Shown in pieces: positions 18,536-28,024 of a stretch of 64,000 nt of DNA (positions within the stretch are counted from its first letter, which is position 1; the number at the start of each line of letters is the position of its first letter). A program made the position numbers and the translations under genes. Below the pieces are notes generated by a model. That model searched no databases. It saw nothing but the letters and a program-made list of their open reading frames with translations, and was not told the DNA's origin. Source of the DNA: Rhodanobacteraceae bacterium (GTDB lineage Bacteria > Pseudomonadota > Gammaproteobacteria > Xanthomonadales > SZUA-5); assembly GCA_031425695.1 (NCBI GenBank), contig JANPJV010000116.1, positions 120-64,119 of the forward strand, written 5' to 3'.

Positions 18536-19105
18536 TCAAACTGCCGTCGTTCCTTCCAGATCCCGCAACAACAGGCCCAGCAACACCGCATCCTGTGTCT
18601 CACCCGCCACCACCCAGCGCTCGCGACACAGACCCTCGCGCTGGAAGCCGAGGCGTTCGATGCAGCGCAAGGAGGCGGTGTTCCGCGGGTCGACATCGGC
18701 CTCGATCCGGCGCAGGAGCATCCCGTCCCGTGCGTAGCCCAGCAGGCTGCGCAAGGCTGCTCCCGCGTAGCCATGACCCCAATGGTCCGAGCGCAGGATG
18801 TAGCCAATCTCCGCGCGTTGTTGCTCGGTGTTGATGTAGAACAAGGTGGTCGTGCCGATGACGCGCGCCTCGTCGATCAGCTCGATACCCCATTGCAGCA
18901 GGTCGCCCTGCTCGCGACCGCGGTCGATCGCAGCCAGGTAAGCGCGGGTATCGTCGAGATCGGCGAAGGCGGGCCGGCTCCAGTAACGCATTGATCGCAC
19001 ATCGGAAAACACCGCGTGCAGATCAGCGAGATCGGCCGCGCCGAGTTGGCGCAGGCGCACGCGGCCGGCATCGAGAGTGGGTAGGGTCGACATGGCTCGG
19101 ATCAA
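18536..19105 (-). CDS. GNAT N-acetyltransferase (RimJ/RimL-like)
   Basis: WGHGYAGAALRSLLGYA....LRRIEADVDPRNTASLR.IERLGFQREG. Confidence 0.85.
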   Translation of the reverse strand: MIRAMSTLPTLDAGRVRLRQLGAADLADLHAVFSDVRSMRYWSRPAFADLDDTRAYLAAIDRGREQGDLLQWGIELIDEARVIGTTTLFYINTEQQRAEIGYILRSDHWGHGYAGAALRSLLGYARDGMLLRRIEADVDPRNTASLRCIERLGFQREGLCRERWVVAGETQDAVLLGLLLRDLEGTTAV

Positions 19106-19446
19106 AGAAATGGGCGCACGGCAGATTACACAGAGACGGCCAGTCCTTTGCCAGCTTTGTGCCTCCTCGCGGGGATTGATCTATCGCACACCGCCGCCGT
19201 CGGCGCTGAAACCGTCGAGCTGCACTTCTCGAACCCATCCGCGTGCAACGGATCCGGGCGCAAGATCCAGATCTCGCGGTTGTCGCCGACAGCGACGTAT
19301 GTACCGTCGAAATACTTGCCGTCGTAAAGTGTAGCGGCGTCGGGCAGCGCGCCGCCCTCCGAGGCCCACTCGTTATCGCGAGCGCCAGTCGATCACGCAG
19401 GCGCGCACATGGCGCGTATTTTTTGCATCACCCGCCCTGCTCCGCC

Positions 19447-21894
19447 CTACTGTTGCAGCGCGGCGACCGGAGCGATCGTCGTTGCCCTGATGGCAGGCAC
19501 CAGGGTGGCGAGCAGCGCAGAAATGCCGAGCACCGAGAGCGCGCCGGCGTAGGCGCCGACATCCCAGGGACTGATTCCGTAGAGCAGTCCGCTCAACAAC
19601 CGCCCTACTGCGACCGCTCCCAGCAATCCAAGTGCGACGCCGATCGCGACCAACTTGAAGCCCTCGCCAACGACCATGCGCACGACGTCGACGGCACGCG
19701 CGCCGACAGCCCGACGGACGGCAATTTCCTTGGTCCGTTGTCCAACCAGGTGCGCGAGCACGCTGAAGATGCCGACGCCGGCCAGCACCGCCGCGACGCC
19801 TGCGAAAATGCCGATCAACTGGCTGCGAAAGCGCGGATACGCGATCGCGCCGGAGAACATCTGCTGCATCGATTCGAAGCGGGCGGGAATGCCCGGGTCC
19901 GCTTCCCGCAGGAGCGAACGCAAGGTGCCGGTGAGCGTTGTGTCGGCCAACGACGTGCGGGCGATGATCGAGAGCGAGCCGCCGACGTCCTGCATCGACG
20001 CCGCGTAGACCATGGCGGGCGGTGCCAGGTCCGGATCTTGCCAACGGGTGTCGCCGACCACGCCGATGATTTCCCTCCAGGGCGCATCAGGGCCGGAGCG
20101 GATGCGCTTTCCCAGCGGCGACTCACCGGGGAAAGTGGCGCGCGCCAGGGTCTCGTTGATGATGACCACCGGCGGTGTTTCCGGAGTGTCCGAGCGCGCG
20201 AAGTCGCGCCCGGCGCGCATGGGAATCTCCAGCGTCTCGAAGTATCCAGGCGTGATCGCGTTGATCTCGGCCTTGAGCCGCTCACCCGGCAGCCCATCTG
20301 GCCGCCCCTCCACGCTGTATTCCCGAGCCGGCCTGCGCTCCTTGCCCATGGGCAAGAAGGAAACACCGGCCGCTGCAGTGACGCCAGGCTCCGCACTCAG
20401 TCGTTCGATCACATCGGCATAGAAGGTGATCCGCTTGCGCCGGTCTTCTTCGGTATCGGTCGGATACTGGGTATAGGCCACCATCACGCGGTCAGTGGCA
20501 AACCCGACGTCCACCTGTTGCAGCTCCTGGAACGATCGCAGCAACAGTCCGGCTGTTACCAGCAGCACGACCGACAACGCGACTTCGGCGATCACCTGTC
20601 CCGAACGCAGCCCATGACTGCTGGCTGACGTAGTTCCCTTGCCACCACCCTGCTTCAGCGCGTGTGACAAATCCAACTTGGATGCATAGATCGCGGGAAC
20701 CAGGCCAAAGAACATCACTGCAAGCATGGACAGGCCGTAAGCAAACACAATCACTGGCACATCGATTCGCACCTCACCCAGGCGCGGCAAGTCGGCCGGC
20801 AGCCAAGCCACCAATGCCCACAAGAAGCCCGCGCTCAACAGCAGGCCAGCAGTCGCAGCGAGAGCGCCCAGCAAAGAGCTTTCGGTCAACAGTTGCAGCA
20901 CCAGACGCCCACGGCTGGCACCGAGCGCGGCACGCAATGCCATCTCGCGCGCCCTGGCCGACGCGCGCGCCAGCAGCAGGCTGGAAACGTTCACACACGC
21001 AATCAGCAATACGATGATCACCGCGCCCATCAGCAGCCACAGCATGCTCTTGACGCCGCCGGTGAGCCGATCCTGCAACGGGATCAACGCCACCGACTTC
21101 AAGCGGTTCTCCGGATGCTGCTCAGCCAGCTTGTCGCCGACGGTCCGCATCTGCGCCTGCGCGCCGGCGAGATCCACCCCTGCTTTGAGCTTGCCGACCA
21201 CCTGGAATTCGGACGCGCTACGGTCCGTGTTGGTGGTGCGCCACGGCGCCCACAAGTCGGTGGCTTCCGGGTAGCTGAATCCAGGTGCTGCTACACCGAC
21301 GATCTGCATCGATGCGCCATAGACCATGATCGTTTGCCCGACCGCGGCCGCGGCGCTGCCGAAGTGGGTCTCGGCCCAGCCATGCCGTACGACGACGACG
21401 GTGGGCGGCGCGCCGACCGCCGCTACGTCCTGCTCAGCAAGCAAACGTCCGGCCGCAGGCGCCTGTCCGAACACCGCGAAGAACTCCGCCGAGACATACA
21501 TATCGTTGGCAAACTCGGCGCGATCTCCGACCACGATGGCGACATCCTTCTCGCCGCTCAGGTAGGCCATCGATTCGAATACATCGTTCTGTGCTTGCCA
21601 ATCGTAGAAGTCCGGCCCCGACGCCTCTGGGCTTGAGCGTCCGGTGTTCGCCCAGAAGGTTTCGACCGCGACGATCCGATCTGCGTCCCGATAGGCGAGC
21701 GGTTGCAGCAGCACCGTGTTGACGATGGCGAACATCGCGGCATTGGCACCGATGGCGATCGCCAGCAGTGTTGCGGTGCCGAGAGCGAAGCCCCAGTGCT
21801 TCAGCAATCCGCGTAGCGCAATCTTGATCTCACGAAAAAGCGCGTCCCGGACCGACCCTTTCGTCGGGGCTTGCGCAGTGGTTGTCCGCCTCAT
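19447..21894 (-). CDS. ADOP-type duplicated FtsX/MacB-like ABC transporter permease
   Basis: N-terminus ..FREIKIALRGLLKHWGFALG..LLAIAIGANAAMF, and two MacB_PCD + FtsX halves. ATG at 21894 is preceded by GGGAG. Confidence 0.88.
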   Translation of the reverse strand: MRRTTTAQAPTKGSVRDALFREIKIALRGLLKHWGFALGTATLLAIAIGANAAMFAIVNTVLLQPLAYRDADRIVAVETFWANTGRSSPEASGPDFYDWQAQNDVFESMAYLSGEKDVAIVVGDRAEFANDMYVSAEFFAVFGQAPAAGRLLAEQDVAAVGAPPTVVVVRHGWAETHFGSAAAAVGQTIMVYGASMQIVGVAAPGFSYPEATDLWAPWRTTNTDRSASEFQVVGKLKAGVDLAGAQAQMRTVGDKLAEQHPENRLKSVALIPLQDRLTGGVKSMLWLLMGAVIIVLLIACVNVSSLLLARASARAREMALRAALGASRGRLVLQLLTESSLLGALAATAGLLLSAGFLWALVAWLPADLPRLGEVRIDVPVIVFAYGLSMLAVMFFGLVPAIYASKLDLSHALKQGGGKGTTSASSHGLRSGQVIAEVALSVVLLVTAGLLLRSFQELQQVDVGFATDRVMVAYTQYPTDTEEDRRKRITFYADVIERLSAEPGVTAAAGVSFLPMGKERRPAREYSVEGRPDGLPGERLKAEINAITPGYFETLEIPMRAGRDFARSDTPETPPVVIINETLARATFPGESPLGKRIRSGPDAPWREIIGVVGDTRWQDPDLAPPAMVYAASMQDVGGSLSIIARTSLADTTLTGTLRSLLREADPGIPARFESMQQMFSGAIAYPRFRSQLIGIFAGVAAVLAGVGIFSVLAHLVGQRTKEIAVRRAVGARAVDVVRMVVGEGFKLVAIGVALGLLGAVAVGRLLSGLLYGISPWDVGAYAGALSVLGISALLATLVPAIRATTIAPVAALQQ

Positions 21895-22201
21895 GAAAAC
21901 TCCCATCGATACTGTAGGCCGGCACAGAGCAATTACCGGGCCAACAACGCCATCCTGGATTTCCTCCGCGAAACCTCCGGCAAACTGCCAGGGTGAGCCC
22001 CGCGACGCAATCAAGCACATTGATTTTGATGCATTTTCTGAGCTTCACCAGGCCGCGCTCGAGCGCTGACCGCAGGCTCGAAGGGTCCGGATCACGAGAG
22101 CGCAAAGGCCCACTCTACGATTCTGGACAAGAGCGTCCGTAATTGCGCCCCGACCAGCGCAACGCAGCTCATCGCGCTGCGAACGCGGCTATAACACCAT
22201 C

Positions 22202-23620
22202 ATGGCTTCTGATCCCATCGTCGAGCAGGCTTCCGTTCCAGCAAGCGCCAGCCGCGTCAGCTTCGAGCGTCTGCGCGAGCGCACGGACGAACTGGAACTG
22301 CTGATCTCGGGCTTGTCCATGGTGGCGCTGTTCTCGCTGCCGGGCTGGCTGATCGACCAGTACGATGGGCTGCAATCCTTACTGCCGTTGTGGCTGCTGA
22401 GCGCTGCAGTGATGGCCATGCCGATGGCAGTGTTGCTCTGCTACCTGCTGGCCAGCTGCTTCGCGCTGCACCTCGCGATGCGCGGCTACTGGGTCGGGCT
22501 GATCGGCTTGAAATCCGCCTACCCGGGCGGTATCCGCTGGTCGCGCGCGATTGGCACCGGACCCATCACGCGCGAATGGCTGCAGCGCAGCCTGCCCGAA
22601 ATCGACGTCAGCATCGAACGCGCCGACCGGGCAGCGTCAATGCTGTTTTCGGTGATTACGCTGTCGGGCTTGACCCTGCTCTGGTTAGGGCTGCTGGCGA
22701 CCGCGACCTTCGTCGGTGCTGCGATGGTCGGCAGCGCTGCCGGCACCAATGCCGCGATCAATGCGGCGATGGACTGGTTCGCCAGACTGATGATCGGCAG
22801 TCTGTTGCTGCTGTGGCTGCTGGACGCGGTGCTGGCGCGCTTCCTGCCGGTGCTGCGCGGCTGGGCCTGGTACCGCGGATTGGTCTGGCTGCTGGCACGC
22901 ATCGTTGGCGTGTACTTTCCACCGCGGTTGATCGCACCGATACGCCTGACGCTGCAGACAAACTCGCAGCCGCTGCTGTTCATGCTCGCGTTCGTCGCCA
23001 TGATTGTCATATTGCCAATGCTGGCGCTGCGCCAGTTCCAGGCCAGCTACGGCTTCGACCGCTTCGGCACCCACGGCTACCTGCACGCGCGCGACATCGA
23101 CGACGGTCATCGCAGCGTGCACTACGAATCGCAGCGCATCGGGCGCAACCGTTCGCGCAGCGTGCCGATGATTCCGGCGCCGGTGATCGAATCGGCGTGG
23201 CTGCCGCTGCTGCTGCCGTATTCCCCGATTCGCGACGATGCCCTGGTTGCGCTGCGCTGCCCGGAGCGCGAACGAAATGCCGGCAGCGCCTTCGGCGTAG
23301 CACCGGCAGATGATGCCCGCGCCCGCCAACGCTCGCGCGACACGGTCACTTGTCTCGGTCGATTGTGGGAGGTGCGTCTGAACGGAACGCTGGTTGCGCT
23401 AGACGGGTTCGTTCCGACCGAGCGCACCGATGTCGGCTTTCGTGGACTGTCCGGCTACGTCGACCTCCGCGAGCAGCCACCCGGTCCGCAGCAGTTGGAA
23501 ATCGTATTTCGACCGCGTCCGGAACAGGAAGCCAGCGCGGTCGACGAGTCCCTCTCAGCTCGCATCCGCTACGCCATTCCGTTCCTGTGGAGCCCGGAAT
23601 CCACTGGCGCTTCGCCCTGA
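22202..23620 (+). CDS. multi-pass membrane protein, unknown function
   Basis: Several long hydrophobic segments in the first ~270 aa, then a soluble C-terminal region. Confidence 0.65.
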   Translation: MASDPIVEQASVPASASRVSFERLRERTDELELLISGLSMVALFSLPGWLIDQYDGLQSLLPLWLLSAAVMAMPMAVLLCYLLASCFALHLAMRGYWVGLIGLKSAYPGGIRWSRAIGTGPITREWLQRSLPEIDVSIERADRAASMLFSVITLSGLTLLWLGLLATATFVGAAMVGSAAGTNAAINAAMDWFARLMIGSLLLLWLLDAVLARFLPVLRGWAWYRGLVWLLARIVGVYFPPRLIAPIRLTLQTNSQPLLFMLAFVAMIVILPMLALRQFQASYGFDRFGTHGYLHARDIDDGHRSVHYESQRIGRNRSRSVPMIPAPVIESAWLPLLLPYSPIRDDALVALRCPERERNAGSAFGVAPADDARARQRSRDTVTCLGRLWEVRLNGTLVALDGFVPTERTDVGFRGLSGYVDLREQPPGPQQLEIVFRPRPEQEASAVDESLSARIRYAIPFLWSPESTGASP

Positions 23621-23636
23621 CATCGGCACCCACACC

Positions 23637-23948
23637 TTACCCCAACATCCGCGCCACCTCGCCACCGGTCGGCCGGACCACCCGAGCCACCTCCTGGCTA
23701 TCGCGAATCAACACCAGGGTCGGCCACAACTTGACCCGGAAAGAGCGCCCGAGCGGCTTGCCGCGACCGTCCTCGATCTTCAGGTGCCGCAGCTCGGGAT
23801 GTGCGCCGAGCGCCTCCTCGATCTGCCCCTGCGCAGCGATGCAGTAACCGCACCAGGGCGCCCCGAACTCGATCAGGGTGTCCCCGGGCAACGCGTCGAT
23901 CTCGGCGCGGGAAGGCTCGATGTTGGCGAATTGCTGAGTGAACGGCAT
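23637..23948 (-). CDS. thioredoxin-fold protein
   Basis: FGAPWCGYC active-site motif. Start at the internal ATG (MPFTQQF..). Confidence 0.8.
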   Translation of the reverse strand: MPFTQQFANIEPSRAEIDALPGDTLIEFGAPWCGYCIAAQGQIEEALGAHPELRHLKIEDGRGKPLGRSFRVKLWPTLVLIRDSQEVARVVRPTGGEVARMLG

Positions 23949-24308
23949 GGCATCACTCCGGCTATGAACATTATGCAAGGGAAGATGGCAGGGAGCCCGC
24001 AGTGTGCTCGTGAAGCGCCGCCTTGCCCTGCTCCCCGTCGCGCACCACCTTCGCGACCTCAACCCCCGCCGAAGACCCGCATGCAGTGCACCTTCTCGGT
24101 TGCATCGAGCTCGGGATCAATCTGCACTTGCTGCACGCCGTGCTCTCCTTGCGGACGGGGCAGATAGCGAATCTTGATTCCGTTCCGTTGTACTTGACCA
24201 CGTCGGCCAGAAAGTCGTGTCGCCTTGCCGCTTCCCCTGCTCCACAGCTTTTCCAGCCTCCGGCAGCGGCGCGATAAGATCTCACCCCAGGTAGCCGAGA
24301 CACGACTG

Positions 24309-24860
24309 ATGCAGAACACGGATGTCCTCGAACTGCAGTACTCGCGCCCAGTCGCCATCACCGTGTGCGGCTTGGCAGTTTTCAGCGCGGCACAGATCGT
24401 GGTCGTGCTGGCAGCACTGCTGAATCTTGGCGCGACTGCAGTATTCGGACTGCTCGCCCTGGTGATCATGGGGCCGATCCACTTTCTGCTGTTCCGCTTC
24501 GTGTATCGCGCCCTGACCCAGCGCCAGGCCATCGTCACTCTGGACGAACACGGCATCACCGACATCCGGCAGCGCGTCGAATTCGTACCCTGGGAGGACG
24601 TGCGGCGCGTGCGCGTCGGCGCAGGCAGCAAGGCCCACTACCTTTGCGTGGAGCTCAAGCAAGACGCGGCCGGGCGCTACACGTCGGCACCCGTCGGCTG
24701 GAGGCTGTTGATGCGCTTCGCAGAGTCGCTGGGCGACTGGAATGTGCAGTTGCTGACGCTGAGTTGCTCGCGTTCGGAAGTCGCGAAGACCGCGGAAGGG
24801 TTGCGCAAGGCAGCACTGCGGCGCCAGGTCGAACGCTTGAACTCTGCGAAAGCAGCTTGA
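24309..24860 (+). CDS. membrane protein with two N-terminal TM helices, unknown function
   Basis: VCGLAVFSAAQIVVVLAALL / VFGLLALVIMGPIHFLLF, then a soluble domain. Confidence 0.55.
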   Translation: MQNTDVLELQYSRPVAITVCGLAVFSAAQIVVVLAALLNLGATAVFGLLALVIMGPIHFLLFRFVYRALTQRQAIVTLDEHGITDIRQRVEFVPWEDVRRVRVGAGSKAHYLCVELKQDAAGRYTSAPVGWRLLMRFAESLGDWNVQLLTLSCSRSEVAKTAEGLRKAALRRQVERLNSAKAA

Positions 24861-25090
24861 TGTGAGCCGCCCCTGCGAAGCTTCTCCGATCTTCAATGCG
24901 GGATCCCGTAAGGCCAGTCGCGATGTTCGTACAAACCCTGCTGTCGCGCATCAGCGAGAAGGCATGATCGCGACTCGTCGGCGCAAAGCGAAGCGCTCGC
25001 GGCCAAGGCTGCTCCCACGAATGCCAAGCAAAGAATCGCGGCCATGGCCGCTCCCACAAGAGCAGGGCGAAGACAGGGGTCGCCCACCCA

Positions 25091-26200
25091 CTAATCACTT
25101 GGTGCGCTCAACGCGTCGAACTTCGGATTGCCGCGCAGCGCGGCCCAGGCCGGGTCGAGACGCAACGCGGCCGTTGTCGTGCCAAATGGCGTCGCGAGTG
25201 AATCGCGAAGAATCCCGACCGCGGCTTGTGCATCATCGAAGCGGGCGTGGATTTCCGCGAGTCGCAGCAGTGCGCCCTGCTGCGCCTGGTGATCATCGGT
25301 GATGGCGGCCAGGTGGCGCTCGGCAGCGCCGACGGCCAGTGCCTCGTTGCCGAGTCCCGCGTGTGTCAGGCCGAGCACGCTGCCCAACAGAGCCGCATCG
25401 AAGTCAACTGCACGCAATTCGCCGTCGAGGTGCAGAGCCAGCTGATACTCGGAGCTCGCGGTGGTGTGGCCCAGGAGCTCCCGCAGTCGCCCTACCTCGA
25501 TGTGGAAATTCAGGCGCACCCAGCCATTGGCCGTCTTCGCCCGCGCAGCCTGGCCGAAGACGTCGTCCAGGAGCCATACCGCGTCCGCGTAGCGCCGCTG
25601 GTAGAGGAACTGGCGATGGCGTACTTCCACGAGCTTGCGATCACGCGGATGCGGAGGTGGCAGGGTCTTCAGCAGGGCATCGGCGGCCGCGAGGTCGCCT
25701 TCGGCCTGGTGGCTCGAAATCTTGTCGGCGACAAGTTCGAGCCTTGTGGGTGCCAACGCCAAGGCCCGATCAAAAGCGGCTCGCGCTTCGGGAAATGCGC
25801 GCATGCCCGCAAGCAGTTCACCCACGAGCACTGGACGGTCCGGGTTGGACGGCTCCGCGCGTTCGGCTGCGTGCGCGTGTTCTAGCGCCGACGAGACCCG
25901 GCCCAGCTTGCGTTCAAGCCCGGCCGTCGCGCCAAGCAGTGCCACGTCGTCAGGCGATTCCTGCAGCAACAGATACAACGCACGCAGTGGTGGCGAGTCC
26001 TCTTCGACCATCCGATCGCGCGCTTCCGAGGCCCGGGCCGCTCGAGGCTCCACTCGCTGCGGGAGGTTGACGCTCGGTACCACGCTGAATTGCTGAGCGC
26101 CGGTGCCCTGCTCGGAATCGCGCCGCCAATGCACCAAGACGGCGACCACCACGCCGAGCAGCAGCGCGGCACCAACGAGCTTCCGGGGCTTATCCGACAT
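25091..26200 (-). CDS. TPR-like repeat protein with N-terminal membrane anchor
   Basis: MSDKPRKLVGAALLLGVVVAVLV, then repeated helical A..A/L.. TPR-like units. Confidence 0.65.
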   Translation of the reverse strand: MSDKPRKLVGAALLLGVVVAVLVHWRRDSEQGTGAQQFSVVPSVNLPQRVEPRAARASEARDRMVEEDSPPLRALYLLLQESPDDVALLGATAGLERKLGRVSSALEHAHAAERAEPSNPDRPVLVGELLAGMRAFPEARAAFDRALALAPTRLELVADKISSHQAEGDLAAADALLKTLPPPHPRDRKLVEVRHRQFLYQRRYADAVWLLDDVFGQAARAKTANGWVRLNFHIEVGRLRELLGHTTASSEYQLALHLDGELRAVDFDAALLGSVLGLTHAGLGNEALAVGAAERHLAAITDDHQAQQGALLRLAEIHARFDDAQAAVGILRDSLATPFGTTTAALRLDPAWAALRGNPKFDALSAPSD

Positions 26201-26275
26201 GAGCCTACTGTGCGGCCCGAAGCGTGAAGTTCCGGGGAGTGGCGCCACGTCGAATCTGGTCGGAATCCCGCTTCC

Positions 26276-27967
26276 TCACCCTTTGCGCCAGATTTGCAGC
26301 AAAGCGCCAAACTTCATGCGCGCCGGCAAGGACTCGTTGGAGAGCGCATCGAGGAAATCGGAGAGGCGCTGGGACTTGATGATGGTGTACAGCGTCAGCC
26401 AGATCGTCGGGATGAATACGGCGGCGAAGTAAGAGAGTTTCTGCCAGAGCGGACTCTCGGCTTCGGCGAGGAGGTTCATGCCGAGGAAGCCGGTGGTAAT
26501 GGTGCCAATCAGGCCGAACATGGTGACCACGGTGAGGCGCACGACGGTGTTGGCTTGGCGCCGCAGCGAATCGCTGTCGAGGTAGTCATTCATGTCCTCG
26601 ACCTCCTGGCGCAATTCGGCATAGAGGCGTTCGCTGTCGAGCCAGCCCTGGCACATCCGGTAGAGATCGCGTGCCTGCGTCTGCGCGGAGACCTGCTGGA
26701 ACCAGTAGCCGTGCGTGAAGCCCAGCAAGGTGCGTTTGAGCAGGCGGATCTGCCGCTTGAATGCGCGGACCGAATCGGCATTGCGCAGCTTGAGATGGTT
26801 GATGGCATCGACCAGGCGGTCGGACATCATGAACAAGGCGGCGCGCTGCATATGGGCAAGCAGGAACAGCAGGAAGTACTGGTGACGGAATTGCGCCAGC
26901 AGCCCGCGTTCGGCGTCGACGAAATTGCGATCGTCGGCGCGCCCCACCAGGACGAATGCGGCACCGCTGCACAGATAGCGTGCCGCCGAGCCGTCGGCGC
27001 CGGGCGCGTGCCAGTAGCGATCAGAGCAGTAGCGGCTTTCAAAGTCGAGCAGCTCGCGCTCAGGAAACGGCGAACTGTCGGACGGGCCAGGCGCGGTCGC
27101 CAATGCCAGGCGCACAAAATCCGCGCGCGTCAGTGCATAGGGGTCGGCGACGCCCAGTAACGCCATCTGCGGCATGCGGTGATGGTCCACCAGGCGGTAG
27201 CGCACGGCGCCCGCCGCGTCCGAGTAGTGCGGCACCAGCGGGCGCAACAGGAAATCCCAGTGGGCCGCGACGCGCGGCGCGCGCTGACGGCACACCTGGC
27301 TCAGATAGAGCGCGCGGTCATCGTAGTCGGAGCTCGCTGCGACCACACCGTCGATGCGCAACCACTCGACCTGCGCCAGGCAGTGCTCGGCGCGACCGTC
27401 CTCGGTCCACTGAGTTGGATAGACGCGCCCAAATCGATAGAGCAGGTCCTGGACGCGCGCGAGCGGCAGGTCCTCTCCGGCCAGTTCCAGCACCAGGATC
27501 GCGACATCCAATCCCTGGAAGAAATATAGATCCACATGCACGACGCGCAGCACTTGCGAGTCCACGCCGTCGTCGGCGCGTACGCGCGCGGCGCAAATAT
27601 CCTGGCGACGATAGACGCGAACAGGCGACGCCGTTGCCGCCTCCGTGTCGGCCTTGCCCTCACCGTAGAGCAGACGCTGCACGTACGGTAGAAAGCTGGT
27701 GAGCTCGTGATAGTGGCGCTCCTGGAACTGCGTCGCATCCGCGGTGAATTCGTCTGCGAGTCTTGCCCACGGCGCTGCGTCCCGCTGGTCCAGCGCATGC
27801 CAGTGTTCTCCCGTGATCCCCGCATCGGCGCTCGGCATCAACTGCACCGGCCACAGCAGGATTTGGCGGAACTGGCGCACCAGGGTCGGATCCTCTCCAT
27901 CCGCTCGCATGCCGACTCCCGCGTCGCCGATGGCAGCAACATAGCGCGCTTCCACGACTCCGACCAC
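26276..27967 (-). CDS. CorA-like divalent cation channel family protein with a large N-terminal domain (start uncertain)
   Basis: C-terminal two TM helices with ..GFLGMNL.. (GMN motif). Confidence 0.75.
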   Translation of the reverse strand: MVGVVEARYVAAIGDAGVGMRADGEDPTLVRQFRQILLWPVQLMPSADAGITGEHWHALDQRDAAPWARLADEFTADATQFQERHYHELTSFLPYVQRLLYGEGKADTEAATASPVRVYRRQDICAARVRADDGVDSQVLRVVHVDLYFFQGLDVAILVLELAGEDLPLARVQDLLYRFGRVYPTQWTEDGRAEHCLAQVEWLRIDGVVAASSDYDDRALYLSQVCRQRAPRVAAHWDFLLRPLVPHYSDAAGAVRYRLVDHHRMPQMALLGVADPYALTRADFVRLALATAPGPSDSSPFPERELLDFESRYCSDRYWHAPGADGSAARYLCSGAAFVLVGRADDRNFVDAERGLLAQFRHQYFLLFLLAHMQRAALFMMSDRLVDAINHLKLRNADSVRAFKRQIRLLKRTLLGFTHGYWFQQVSAQTQARDLYRMCQGWLDSERLYAELRQEVEDMNDYLDSDSLRRQANTVVRLTVVTMFGLIGTITTGFLGMNLLAEAESPLWQKLSYFAAVFIPTIWLTLYTIIKSQRLSDFLDALSNESLPARMKFGALLQIWRKG

Positions 27968-28024
27968 GGGGGACCGAGGCTGACAAGCCGGGTATGGTAG
28001 GGGCGCCTATCCGCTGACGAGAAC

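Noticed and set aside
19150-19400. Start-less minus-strand reading frame ..NEWASEGGALPDAATLYDGKYFDGTYVAVGDNREIWILRPDPLHADGFEK.., which also contains ADGFE
   Set aside because: There is no ATG/GTG/TTG start in frame after the upstream stop, and the motif is internal. It may be a gene fragment, but a single occurrence cannot be told apart from chance.
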